DNA from: a virus
Length of the DNA: 64,000 nt
Reading direction: 5' to 3' (one strand)
IMG/VR virus record: IMGVR_UViG_3300042541_001664
Location: 1-64,000 of that record
The translations under genes were made by a program, and so were the position numbers. Shown here in pieces: positions 38,172-48,103 of the stretch. Numbering within the stretch: the first letter of the stretch is position 1; the number at the start of each line of letters is the position of its first letter. The notes below the pieces were generated by a model. The model did no database searches, was not told where the DNA came from, and saw nothing but the letters and a program-made list of their open reading frames with translations.

Positions 38172-39482
38172 ATGGAAAATATAGATAAAAAAATAGATGT
38201 TTTGTTAAGGCAAAAATTATTGATGGGGTATAATCCATCTGATAATTTAAATGAAAATATTTCTATAGTAAAAGATTCAATCAATAAGAAAGAAAAATTA
38301 GATGAAGTTATTCTACCAGCAGGAGCAGCAGCATTAGCAGCTGGTGGTGGTGGTGCGACTGCGGCTGCATTAGGGGGGGCATCTCTTCTATTACCTGGTT
38401 TAGCCATAGCAGGTGGTATTGTTTTGGCAGGTTGGGGAATTTGGAATTTTGTTGATGGTTCTGGTAGGAATGTTGTTAGAAACAAAATTGAAGATTTTTT
38501 TAATTTTTGCAAAAGAAATCGCAATCCTTTAAATGTTGATCGCACTAAAACCAATAATATAGCAAAAGAACTTTGGACTGCATTTGAAAGAAAAGGATTT
38601 TTGGGTACAGGAATTGGTACTGATGAAGAAGGAGTTTATAATGCACTTAAAAAACTTTCAAGTATAGGAGAGTTTTGCTCTGTAATTGATGAATATTATA
38701 GAGATTATGCTCAAGGCGGTTCATCTTTATGGCGAGAAATAAAAGATGAAATGTGGAGAACTGCTGAACTAGGAAAAGTAGAAGCAATTTTAGCTAAACT
38801 TTATAGTCAAGCACAACAAGATTTGGGTCAAAGGACGTCATGTCTTGTTAAATTAATTAAGAGAAGATTTAATACTACTACTTTACCAACGGGAGGTACT
38901 CTACTTATAGCCGCAACAAGTAATAAAGATATTGATGCGCATGGTGGTATAGTATTAAAAGGTTTATTTCCAGATGCTACCGGGATTAACTGGGAAACAA
39001 AAGATGGACAAATAAAAGGTGTAACTACATGTGCCCAAAACGGATGTGTTATATTTCAAGGTTCAAATGGGTGTAAATACCTTATTGACCAATGTAACCC
39101 TAGTGGTAAAGGATGTATAGGTGCTGCTGCAACTGGAGGTGGTGGCGCTGGAGGTGGTGCTGCTGTTGTTGGAGGTAGATTTTGCCCTAATGGGTATAAC
39201 CCACCAACTGATGGCCTTTACAAAAAATGTACATCTGGTGACCTAGTTAAAAAAGTACAAGAATGTTTGGGTGTGAATGTTGATGGTAAATTTGGACCTA
39301 GAACATTAAGAGCGCTTAGAATTAAAAAAGGTGTTGAGAGTTTTAAGGAAGAAAATATACCATCAATATGTGCTGCATCACTAGATAACCCAGTACAAGC
39401 AAATCAACAAACACAACCCCAAGCAAATGATTATGGATATCAAGCTTTAGAAGTTGTGCCATTAAATAAGCCAAACTTTTAA
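38172..39482 (+). CDS. Membrane-anchored protein with an annexin-like repeat and a C-terminal peptidoglycan-binding domain
   Basis: Gly/Ala-rich hydrophobic segment; LWTAF...GIGTDEEGVYNAL...I.DEM; VKKVQECLGVNVDGKFGPRTLRAL. Confidence 0.65.
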   Translation: MENIDKKIDVLLRQKLLMGYNPSDNLNENISIVKDSINKKEKLDEVILPAGAAALAAGGGGATAAALGGASLLLPGLAIAGGIVLAGWGIWNFVDGSGRNVVRNKIEDFFNFCKRNRNPLNVDRTKTNNIAKELWTAFERKGFLGTGIGTDEEGVYNALKKLSSIGEFCSVIDEYYRDYAQGGSSLWREIKDEMWRTAELGKVEAILAKLYSQAQQDLGQRTSCLVKLIKRRFNTTTLPTGGTLLIAATSNKDIDAHGGIVLKGLFPDATGINWETKDGQIKGVTTCAQNGCVIFQGSNGCKYLIDQCNPSGKGCIGAAATGGGGAGGGAAVVGGRFCPNGYNPPTDGLYKKCTSGDLVKKVQECLGVNVDGKFGPRTLRALRIKKGVESFKEENIPSICAASLDNPVQANQQTQPQANDYGYQALEVVPLNKPNF

Positions 39483-39505
39483 CAATAAATTTTAAATAAA
39501 TTAAA

Positions 39506-40597
39506 ATGAAAAGAACACATTTAAATAATATATCTGAAAAAGAAAAAAATGATATAAGACATTTGTATAATATATTAATATCAGAACAACCAGCAAGTGC
39601 ACCACAAACAGCATCGTCTAATGATTTTATTGATTTTAATGATTATGTTAATTTAGCAAGAGATATTGTTAACTTAAAACTTTGTTCTTTTGATACTGAT
39701 TTTGAAAACATATATCCAGCAAGAACTAAGGAAAATAAAATTGTAATTGTTGCCACAGCCAAAGTTGATAGGGTTAAAGGTGCTAATATTTTCTATTATA
39801 AAAAAGGGGAAACTATTGAATTTAATGTTGGAAGCCCTGTAGAGGGGGGAATTTATTTTACTAATAAAACTAGTAATTTAAAATTTTATTTTAATTGTCC
39901 AGAATTGGGTAAAGAAGTTACAAGAGTTAGTACGAAAGTTGAAGATTTATTAGGTCAAAAAGGATTTTTTAAATCAAATAGTGTACAATTGCAAAATTAT
40001 ACAAATCAGTTAAATGACCCAAGGTATTTTGAAGAAAAATCTATACAAGAATTAGCAATTGAGTATAAAAATTCAATGGGATTTAATCCATTATATTATA
40101 TGGGGCCAAAGTTTTTCTACAAAAAATTACAAAATACAACTGAAAGTAATAATTTAACATCAGAACAGCAACAAGTTCAAAAGACTTTTGCGGAAAAATA
40201 TGGTGCAGTTGTTGAACATGTAGTTTCTGATGCAGAGAAAGTTAATTATACTAAAATAAATTTAAAAGACTACAATAATACATTTAAAGATGATTATTTT
40301 ATGTTAGTACCTAACCAAAGAATACAAGATGTTCAAAGAGATTTTAAACAAGGAAATACTTTATTATCAGTAGATAAAGAATCTGTATTTGGCTGTACTA
40401 GGTTATTGAAAACGTACAAAGAATTATTCTATAAATACAAAAATAATGAATACACCACAGATTCGGCACTTTCAAATATCAAGCCGAAATTAGAATATTG
40501 CTACCGTAAATTTAGAACAACAAAACTTGGTGGAGAATTATTCCCATTTACAAATAGTAATGATAAAAATTTAGGCCCATTCTTATTAAAAATTTAA
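39506..40597 (+). CDS. Hypothetical protein with leader (ISEKEKNDIRHLYNILISEQ)
   Basis: 363 aa ORF. Confidence 0.75.
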   Translation: MKRTHLNNISEKEKNDIRHLYNILISEQPASAPQTASSNDFIDFNDYVNLARDIVNLKLCSFDTDFENIYPARTKENKIVIVATAKVDRVKGANIFYYKKGETIEFNVGSPVEGGIYFTNKTSNLKFYFNCPELGKEVTRVSTKVEDLLGQKGFFKSNSVQLQNYTNQLNDPRYFEEKSIQELAIEYKNSMGFNPLYYMGPKFFYKKLQNTTESNNLTSEQQQVQKTFAEKYGAVVEHVVSDAEKVNYTKINLKDYNNTFKDDYFMLVPNQRIQDVQRDFKQGNTLLSVDKESVFGCTRLLKTYKELFYKYKNNEYTTDSALSNIKPKLEYCYRKFRTTKLGGELFPFTNSNDKNLGPFLLKI

Positions 40598-40600
40598 AAA

Positions 40601-41227
40601 ATGCAACTGAAACAAATTATTAAAGAAACTTTAATTATAAACGACTTAAAAAGAACTATTGAAAAGGAATCTAATTATGTTCCATTTCAAAAATTACCTT
40701 ATAATCAGAAGTTAAGAATTTCATTTATGTATATTAGTGAAATTAATAAAATGGCGAGTAATAACATTTTGTCAGAACAAATTGATTTAAATACTATTGC
40801 GAATTTTGTTACCAATAATAAAGCAGCATCAACAGTTGGATCAGGACTTGGACAAACCGCAATTGAATGGATGGTTAAAAAAATAGCAGGTAGATTAGGT
40901 ATTACAGAAGGTTGGCTTTTGGATACAATTGTAAATTATTTTCTGGACAATCCAATGGATGTTGTTAAATCATTTAAAGATTGTAATTTAATGACAAAGA
41001 AAATAATCGAGGCATTGACAGAAACATTAATGAAGAAAGTTATAGATGAAAAAATTATGAAATCTTTAGGTGTGGGTAGTTTAATTAGTGGCTCTATTAG
41101 AAATTCACTAATGGAATTAATGCAGAATGCTGAATGGGAGAGGTTACTAATGGCTAAATTTACGCCAATAGTTTGTAAATATAAAGATGATATGCTTGGT
41201 AGTGCTTGGAGTAAATTTTTTAAATAA
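40601..41227 (+). CDS. Hypothetical helical protein with leader (MQLKQIIKE...ILSEQ)
   Basis: 208 aa ORF. Confidence 0.75.
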   Translation: MQLKQIIKETLIINDLKRTIEKESNYVPFQKLPYNQKLRISFMYISEINKMASNNILSEQIDLNTIANFVTNNKAASTVGSGLGQTAIEWMVKKIAGRLGITEGWLLDTIVNYFLDNPMDVVKSFKDCNLMTKKIIEALTETLMKKVIDEKIMKSLGVGSLISGSIRNSLMELMQNAEWERLLMAKFTPIVCKYKDDMLGSAWSKFFK

Positions 41228-41303
41228 TATGGATTCTACGGATAGCATCCGTTAATCATAAATTGGATTTTAAAAAAAAGAGGAGGTATTCAAAATTTAG
41301 GAG

Positions 41304-41335
41304 AAGGTTGGGATTTACCCAACCTTTTCTTTTTT
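41304..41335. terminator. Terminator hairpin
   Basis: AAGGTTGGG-ATTTA-CCCAACCTT followed by a T run. Confidence 0.7.
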
Positions 41336-41992
41336 TTACACCTTTTTTGTTTTGACAATATCGTCAATTATGCCGTAAGCTAATGATTCATTAGCATCTA
41401 GCCATAAATCTCTACTAGCGTCATTTTTCACCTCTTCTGCTGTTTTGTTACAATAATTTCCCAATAATTCAAAAAGAATATCGTTTGTTTTTAACCATTC
41501 TTTCATAGTTATTTCGGCATCTTGAATATTACCATAAGCACCCCCAGAACTTTGGTGGAGCATAGTTTTAGAGAATCGTAACATAGACCTCTTACCTTTT
41601 GTTCCTGCGCCAAGTATAATTGACCCCATTGATGCAGCCATTCCTGTGTTCACTGTACGCACATCACAAGCAATATAGTCCATAACATCAACAATTGACA
41701 AACCAGCCTTCACAGACCCCCCAGGGCTATCTACGTGCAATGTAACGTCTGATTTTTCGACAGAATCAAGGAACATTAATTGCGCTTGAATTATGGTTGC
41801 CATTCTATCTTCTACTGGTCCAGCAATCCATATTAATCTATCCCTCATTAATCTTGAGAATATATCAATTTGAGTTGCCCTCATTTCTCTTTCTTCAAGA
41901 ATATAGGGGGTCATAGAGTTCTCAAAATAATCCAAATTAGATGATGGTTTACCTAAATGGTTAACATAATAGGATTTAAATTCGTTTCTCAT
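41336..41992 (-). CDS. clpP: ATP-dependent Clp protease proteolytic subunit
   Basis: DIFSRLMRDR, SPGGSV, GMAASMG (Ser), MLHQ (His), RDLW (Asp); TPYILEER N-terminus as in Bacteroidota ClpP. Confidence 0.95.
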   Translation of the reverse strand: MRNEFKSYYVNHLGKPSSNLDYFENSMTPYILEEREMRATQIDIFSRLMRDRLIWIAGPVEDRMATIIQAQLMFLDSVEKSDVTLHVDSPGGSVKAGLSIVDVMDYIACDVRTVNTGMAASMGSIILGAGTKGKRSMLRFSKTMLHQSSGGAYGNIQDAEITMKEWLKTNDILFELLGNYCNKTAEEVKNDASRDLWLDANESLAYGIIDDIVKTKKV

Positions 41993-42027
41993 ATTTGTAT
42001 TTTTTTTTAATTATAGGTATTTTCTTT

Positions 42028-42516
42028 TTAAGAAACAAATGATGACTTATAATCTTCCCATATTTTTGCAATAGATGATTCACTGATAAAAAGTGTTGGT
42101 GTTTTTGGTTGGAATCTCAGGGGCATTCTGGCTTCATCTGGCGTTTTATCCCCCTTCTTTAAATTACAAGGCAGACAGCAAGTTATAAGGTTATTCCAAG
42201 TATTTTTACCCCCTCTTGACTTTGGGATTATATGGTCAATGGTTAATTCTTTTTTTGATCCGCAATATGCGCATTCATTATTATCTCTTTTATATAATCT
42301 TTGCCTATTCACTCTTAAATTCTTCGTTTTATGTGAAATATAATTAAAAAGTCTAATGATTAATGGCTTTGTATAATTTACTGTTTCACTTCTAATTATA
42401 TTAACATCATTTTTTATAATTTCTGCCCTACCTTTGATAACCAGAACTATGGCTCGTTTAAGGGTGGTAATATTCAAGGGGGTATAATCTGAATTAAGCA
42501 CTAATATTGTTTCCAT
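42028..42516 (-). CDS. HNH endonuclease
   Basis: LVLNSDYTPL, RDNNECAYC, TIDHIIPKSRGG, CLPCNLKKG. Confidence 0.9.
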   Translation of the reverse strand: METILVLNSDYTPLNITTLKRAIVLVIKGRAEIIKNDVNIIRSETVNYTKPLIIRLFNYISHKTKNLRVNRQRLYKRDNNECAYCGSKKELTIDHIIPKSRGGKNTWNNLITCCLPCNLKKGDKTPDEARMPLRFQPKTPTLFISESSIAKIWEDYKSSFVS

Positions 42517-42550
42517 TTAAGTTTTATAGAAATATAATAAAATAAAAAAA

Positions 42551-42575
42551 GGGTTGCAAGTATTTTTTGCAACCC
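42551..42575 (-). terminator. Intrinsic terminator
   Basis: GGGTTGCAA/TTGCAACCC stem followed by T7 on the minus strand. Confidence 0.7.
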
Positions 42576-42584
42576 AATTCCATA

Positions 42585-42665
42585 TTAGTTTATGACTCGG
42601 GGTCTGTTTTCCAATTTCAAAATCCAATTTTTCCTAAAAAGACACAATAAGTTTGATATTTTCAT
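42585..42665 (-). CDS. Candidate 26-aa peptide (or sRNA) with its own motif and terminator
   Basis: MKISNLLCLFRKNWILKLENRPRVIN*; ATATTTAT upstream and hairpin downstream. Confidence 0.4.
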   Translation of the reverse strand: MKISNLLCLFRKNWILKLENRPRVIN

Positions 42666-42784
42666 ATTAATTTAGTTGTACTAATAAATATAATTAAGTA
42701 ATATAATTGGGTTAATATTTGGAAGTTAAAAAAATAAATTTTTACATTTTTATCTTTTATGTATATTTATTATTAAAATTTAAT

Positions 42785-43816
42785 ATGAAAAAATTAATGC
42801 AAATTGATGAAAACAAATTGATTGGGATTATAAAGAGTATGTTAGCGGAACAATCTGTTGATCCTATTCGTGCAACTATAAATAACACTCGTCCTAATAT
42901 TAATACTTTTGATATCCCAACTCAAAAAGTACAAGGAATTGATCGTATGGGGGACGATGATATTGATTACTTGGCACAACAACAAGCAGCACAACAACAA
43001 GCAGCACAAAAGCAAGCAGCACAACCACAGCGAAAAACTAAGGCGTGTGCTGGTTATACGGAAAAAGCAACAGGTCCTTATAAATTATGTGATAGCGGTA
43101 AAGCCATTATAGCATTACAAACAAAATTAGGATTTAAAGGTAACGCTATAGATGGTAAACTTGGTGTATTAACTATGAGGGCGGCTCAAAAGCAAGGCCT
43201 TGTACAAAACAATACAATTCTTGATACTAAAATAAATGATTTTAAAAGTAATGTGGTAACTACAAATACCAAGCAGAGTAATAGTAGTTCTGGGTATATA
43301 ACAATAAATAAAAAGTATTTGGGTTTACCAGGTGCAATATTTCAAGCATATAAAAAGGCAGAGTGGATTAATTTAACAAATCCAGATGGTAGAACTACAG
43401 TTACAACTAATTGTTCTAATTTAAAGACTAATATGTATTATAAATATATTCCTACAGAACAAAAAGGTTGGGTAACCCCAACAACTACAAAGAATTTAAG
43501 TGGATTACTTAATTATTATTTTTGTCAAACAAAAACAAATGCAATAAATGTCACTAACGAAGTTATAACTGAACTATCTAAAGAACGTTCAAAATATTTT
43601 TTTGGTTCAACTTTCACTGCTATTAAAAAAAGGGATGGTGGTATTCATATAAAAAATGAAAAAGGTGGAGTAAACCTTGCTACAACTTGTGGTGAACTAA
43701 ATACTAATATATTTAGAAGGAATTATAGAATGCCAAATTCTCAAGTTGGCACTACTATTGAATTACCTAAATTAAGCGAAAAAATTAAACCATTATTTTG
43801 TAGTACAAATAAATAA
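42785..43816 (+). CDS. Protein with LxE leader and a peptidoglycan-binding-like domain
   Basis: MKKLMQIDENKLIGIIKSMLAEQ; IIALQTKLG...IDGKLGVLTMRA; ATATTTAT at 42763-42770. Confidence 0.7.
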   Translation: MKKLMQIDENKLIGIIKSMLAEQSVDPIRATINNTRPNINTFDIPTQKVQGIDRMGDDDIDYLAQQQAAQQQAAQKQAAQPQRKTKACAGYTEKATGPYKLCDSGKAIIALQTKLGFKGNAIDGKLGVLTMRAAQKQGLVQNNTILDTKINDFKSNVVTTNTKQSNSSSGYITINKKYLGLPGAIFQAYKKAEWINLTNPDGRTTVTTNCSNLKTNMYYKYIPTEQKGWVTPTTTKNLSGLLNYYFCQTKTNAINVTNEVITELSKERSKYFFGSTFTAIKKRDGGIHIKNEKGGVNLATTCGELNTNIFRRNYRMPNSQVGTTIELPKLSEKIKPLFCSTNK

Positions 43817-43864
43817 TTTAATTTGACATTACACAATAATACATTATTTTTATTTTAAAACAAT

Positions 43865-44185
43865 ATGGAACTTACAAAAGAACAACTAGTTGAAAAAATA
43901 AATGCTGGTGAAAAAATGTTGGTAGATTTTTACTCTACAACATGTGGACCATGCAGAATGCTAAAGCCAATGTATGAAAAGTTGGCAAGTGAATTAAAAG
44001 AGCAAAATTCTGATGTTTCATTATATACATTTAATGTTCAGAATGATGTAAATTATGCAGTAAATGAAGCTGGAGTTAGGGGTGTACCAACAATTAAAAG
44101 TTATGCTTCATCTATTGTCAAAGAAACAATTGTAGGCTTACCAAGTTTAACTGAATTAAATGCGTTGGTTTTAGATTTAAAATGA
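43865..44185 (+). CDS. Thioredoxin
   Basis: LVDFYSTTCGPCRML...VRGVPT. Confidence 0.88.
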   Translation: MELTKEQLVEKINAGEKMLVDFYSTTCGPCRMLKPMYEKLASELKEQNSDVSLYTFNVQNDVNYAVNEAGVRGVPTIKSYASSIVKETIVGLPSLTELNALVLDLK

Positions 44186-44217
44186 TTTCATTTATATTTA
44201 TAAATAAAATATAAAAT

Positions 44218-45078
44218 ATGTTATATATAAATGAAAATGAAAAAAAACATATAAAATCATTGTATTATACTAAAGATGTAAATGAACAAGTTGAACTTTT
44301 AAATCCTATGAAAGCACCTACCTTAATAAAAGGTAGTCTGTTTGATACATATAATAAAGTTATAACTAGGTATTCTGGCGAAGAGAAAATTCACAATATA
44401 TTAGATGATACTGAACTTGCTGCTGCATTTGCAACAGCAGGTGTTGGCGATGCATATATTGGAACTTTACATTCACTTTATTGGTTTTATGAAGGTTTTA
44501 TGGATCAACTACAAGAATCGAGAATTAAAAAATTTATTCTTGGTATTGTTGAATTAGTTTTAGCTATTCCTGGTTTAAGTGAACTTAAATTTTTGGATAG
44601 GTGGAAAGATTTTATAAAAAAAAGTCCAATCACTCAGACAATAGAAAAATTATCTAAATCTATGTCACCTTTTTGGTCAAAAATAAGAACATATTTTTTA
44701 CAAGCCATAGCTAGTTTAAGAAAACTTGATGATTTTTTAGTTAAACAACAATTTGAGTTTTTGTCTAGGGTCTGTAAAAAAATAATTAAATCAATTAATA
44801 ATATAAAATTATGGTTTGATGATATGATTATATATTTCCAAAAATTAAGTGGGTCATTTTCAAAAAACATAAAATCAACTATTAAAACATATTCTAATCA
44901 AACTAAAGACAATAATGTTGTAGATATTATAGATAAAACTATAGAGTATGGTACACCCATTAAAGGAGTTGCGAAAAATACAAATAATATGCAGATGTCA
45001 ACACAAGATACAACAAATCCCATATACTATAAGCCAAAAGTCAATCCAAATCAACCTAATGTAAAATATACAAACTAA
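44218..45078 (+). CDS. Hypothetical protein with leader (INENEKKHIKSLY...VNEQ)
   Basis: 286 aa; ATATTTAT at 44194-44201. Confidence 0.7.
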   Translation: MLYINENEKKHIKSLYYTKDVNEQVELLNPMKAPTLIKGSLFDTYNKVITRYSGEEKIHNILDDTELAAAFATAGVGDAYIGTLHSLYWFYEGFMDQLQESRIKKFILGIVELVLAIPGLSELKFLDRWKDFIKKSPITQTIEKLSKSMSPFWSKIRTYFLQAIASLRKLDDFLVKQQFEFLSRVCKKIIKSINNIKLWFDDMIIYFQKLSGSFSKNIKSTIKTYSNQTKDNNVVDIIDKTIEYGTPIKGVAKNTNNMQMSTQDTTNPIYYKPKVNPNQPNVKYTN

Positions 45079-45079
45079 G

Positions 45080-45110
45080 TTTGATTGTGTTACTAAATTT
45101 ATTATATTTG
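45080..45110 (+). promoter_or_regulatory. Bacteroidota primary-sigma promoter for thyX
   Basis: TTTG-N19-TATATTTG. Confidence 0.75.
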
Positions 45111-45136
45111 TTATTAAACTAATCAAAACAAATTAT

Positions 45137-45850
45137 ATGACAGACAACAAAGCAATATTAATAGGTCATTATGGTGGTGACAAGACGCATTGTTTAGCCG
45201 CTTGGAGTTCAACATTCCTTGAATTAAATCTGGAAATGCCAAAGCAAATAGAAGATAGGGTTGATGTAATTATCAATTACATTTTAGCAAATTCAAAAAG
45301 AATCAGAAACATTGAGCAGTTATTGGAATTTTTGGCATCAGAAGGACACACATCGCCTTTTAGATTTAGTACCTTACACTTTGTCACAACAACAGAAATA
45401 GCCACACACATTCAATTTTTGAAGCATTCAGTGGCATTGGGTGCGGAGAACGCAGAATCCGCTAGATACAAAGAATTAAAAGAAGATAAATTCTACTTGC
45501 CAAATGATTGGCTTGAATATGGCGAAAAAGGTGAATTTTGGCATAACGAATTAAAAGCACAAAGTGAGAAATTAAATAAAATGTATCACAATTGCTTAAA
45601 TGATTTAATACAGGCTGGAATGCCAAAAGCAAGAGCAAAAGAATCCGCAAGATTTTTTAAGATGTATAATTCACAATTGAATAGCAATAAGATAATGTCT
45701 TTTGATGGATTTATGCAAATATACAAGAAAAGAAATTTGTTATCGCCCTCCCAAAAAGAAATTGGTGATGTTCTGGAACAAATGTTAAATGAGATAAAAT
45801 CAATACCAGATAATCCGTTTAAGGATTCGTTAAAAGCATTTGGCGTATAA
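45137..45850 (+). CDS. thyX: Flavin-dependent thymidylate synthase (divergent signature)
   Basis: GHTSPF, QFLKH...ESARY, KESARF, SQKEI. Confidence 0.8.
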   Translation: MTDNKAILIGHYGGDKTHCLAAWSSTFLELNLEMPKQIEDRVDVIINYILANSKRIRNIEQLLEFLASEGHTSPFRFSTLHFVTTTEIATHIQFLKHSVALGAENAESARYKELKEDKFYLPNDWLEYGEKGEFWHNELKAQSEKLNKMYHNCLNDLIQAGMPKARAKESARFFKMYNSQLNSNKIMSFDGFMQIYKKRNLLSPSQKEIGDVLEQMLNEIKSIPDNPFKDSLKAFGV

Positions 45851-45852
45851 TA

Positions 45853-45886
45853 AAAAGGGCTTGTAAAATAAATTACAAGCCCTTTT
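45853..45886. terminator. Bidirectional terminator
   Basis: AAAAGGGCTTGTAA/TTACAAGCCCTTTT, 14-bp stem. Confidence 0.8.
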
Positions 45887-45901
45887 CTATTTAGGTTTTT
45901 T

Positions 45902-46126
45902 TTATTTACCTTTTTTTGCGACAACTGGAGTTTCTGCTGGTGTAGCGACTGGGGCTACAACTGTTGGTACTTTGGAAAAGAAAGACCATACTGAACCAAT
46001 TATTGTTGCTAATGCACCTACTACTTCAGTAACGAAAGTTTCATCAACAATTCCTTTTGTAATTAAGAAACCGCCAACAAAAGTAAGTACGTGTCTAACA
46101 ATACCTAAAATTTGTTCTTTATTCAT
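45902..46126 (-). CDS. Holin-like small membrane protein
   Basis: MNKEQILGIVRHVLTFVGGFLITKG...GSVWS; 2 TM segments; start trimmed. Confidence 0.7.
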   Translation of the reverse strand: MNKEQILGIVRHVLTFVGGFLITKGIVDETFVTEVVGALATIIGSVWSFFSKVPTVVAPVATPAETPVVAKKGK

Positions 46127-46202
46127 TTCAATTTTTTTAAAAAAATGTTTATATATTGCAATAATGCTATATTTATAAATATATATAAAAGTATAAAAAT
46201 TT

Positions 46203-47864
46203 ATGGAGAGAGTGAATATGTTTGATTTTTTTTTATTAAACGAGGGTGAAAGTACTAGGAAATTTAAATTTATTACAGCAAATGAATTTGATTTCTTATA
46301 TAATTGTATTGACGGTAAAGGTAAGTATAACACTTGGATTGGAAATACAAATAGAAATAAATTAATTAATAATATTCTTAAATATTTAAATGTTAAAACA
46401 ACTTTTGTTGATGATCTTGAAGGGTATACACAATGTACTAAAGCTAGAGAAAAAATTAAGGATTTAGGACTTGAAGCTGGCAAGAAAGCATATAATATAA
46501 AAAATTATATAACTAATATTCAGGGGGATTATGAGGTTCAAATGGCTTGTAGCACTATACCTGAATTTATGAATAAAAATATTCAATTAATATTTGATAA
46601 CATTACTCTTAAAATTGGAGAATTAGAAAAAAATAATAATTTTAATGATTTTATTTCTCTACATATAGATATATTTATTGATTTTTTTACAACTAGAAAT
46701 ACAGGAGAAGATAAAAAAGAACCTAGAACTGCACTTTATAAACAATTAATTGATTTATATTCTAATAAATCATTCCAAAAAGTTAGAATTCAAGGAGGGG
46801 AAGATGAAGAGGAAATTGTGAGAAAATTATTTTTAATGGACTTAGAAAAGTCACAACCTAATTATATTTATAATATATATAATAGTACATTAAATAAAGA
46901 TGAAGAAATTGAAAATCCTGCTTATGCATATGAGTGTAAAAATTTTTCCCAACCGATAAATAAATTATTATGCGCTTTAACTAAAAAAAGAGATAGTTCT
47001 TTAGCTTTTGATTTTGAAAAACAATTTGAACATACAACACAATTTATACCATATAAAGGTAATATTTCTTTTAATTTTAGAACACCCGAAAGTATGGGAA
47101 TTGCTGTTAAAAAAGCTCGTGCCAATACTAAAGATGCAAATGAACAATTGGATAATGTGGTTAAAGAAGTGTATTTAAAATTATTTAATATAATTTTTAA
47201 TGACAAAGATGTTTTAGAGTTAATAGCATGTTTAGAACCTTATTCAAATGATATGGAGAATCCAGAGGCTTGTAGGGTACGTATGAACGCATTTGAAACT
47301 ATACAAAAAAAACTTATAGAGACACAAATAGTAGTGCTACTAGATGAAGATAACATTAAAAAAACAAAAGGAGATGTATTAGCAACTAGAGAAATTAGAA
47401 CTTGTGATGATAAACATATTATGATAACAGCCAACTCCAAAATTGAAATCAAATTTTTTGATGAAGATACTATTAAACAAAAAAATAATACTTTACATAT
47501 TACAAGAATATTAGAACCTAATAGTGAATATCTTATAAATAACATAGACACTAATATTGAAAAAAAATCAGCACAATTTAAAAATTTATTTAAATTGATT
47601 TTAAATAGTGTTATTCAAGTAGTAAAAATTCAAGTTGAAAAATCAGCAGAAAAAATTGAGTTCATATCTAAAGAAACTGCTGGTATTATAATTGCTGGAC
47701 CAAAATATGTCCCTAATGAAGATAATTGGAATTTTAGTGTATATGAGGGTTCCGAATATCAAAGAGGTGATGGAGTGGGAATTAAACTACAATTACCAGT
47801 AAACTTTAAGGCTTATGATATGGTTTTTGATTACGAAACTAGAGGTTATTGTCTAAAAGTATAA
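46203..47864 (+). CDS. Large hypothetical protein
   Basis: 553 aa ORF; FLLNEG near the N-terminus. Confidence 0.75.
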   Translation: MERVNMFDFFLLNEGESTRKFKFITANEFDFLYNCIDGKGKYNTWIGNTNRNKLINNILKYLNVKTTFVDDLEGYTQCTKAREKIKDLGLEAGKKAYNIKNYITNIQGDYEVQMACSTIPEFMNKNIQLIFDNITLKIGELEKNNNFNDFISLHIDIFIDFFTTRNTGEDKKEPRTALYKQLIDLYSNKSFQKVRIQGGEDEEEIVRKLFLMDLEKSQPNYIYNIYNSTLNKDEEIENPAYAYECKNFSQPINKLLCALTKKRDSSLAFDFEKQFEHTTQFIPYKGNISFNFRTPESMGIAVKKARANTKDANEQLDNVVKEVYLKLFNIIFNDKDVLELIACLEPYSNDMENPEACRVRMNAFETIQKKLIETQIVVLLDEDNIKKTKGDVLATREIRTCDDKHIMITANSKIEIKFFDEDTIKQKNNTLHITRILEPNSEYLINNIDTNIEKKSAQFKNLFKLILNSVIQVVKIQVEKSAEKIEFISKETAGIIIAGPKYVPNEDNWNFSVYEGSEYQRGDGVGIKLQLPVNFKAYDMVFDYETRGYCLKV

Positions 47865-47866
47865 AA

Positions 47867-48103
47867 CTACTCTTTAGTATTTTTATTAGTAATATACGTT
47901 GCAAATTTTTCACTAGCAATAAAACCAAGTCCAGCTATTGCCAACCAGACTAGTCCTTCAAATATATAATCTGTTATTGTATAATTTGAAAATAAATCAA
48001 CAATTGACGCAAAAATTATTGTTAGCGATGCCGAAATACCAATAGAACGTTTGCTTGATATCTCCCCACTGGAACTTAGTAATGATTTTAAAAATTTTTT
48101 CAT
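47867..48103 (-). CDS. Holin-like 2-TM protein
   Basis: ISSKR motif followed by two hydrophobic helices; overlaps the M23 gene. Confidence 0.65.
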   Translation of the reverse strand: MKKFLKSLLSSSGEISSKRSIGISASLTIIFASIVDLFSNYTITDYIFEGLVWLAIAGLGFIASEKFATYITNKNTKE

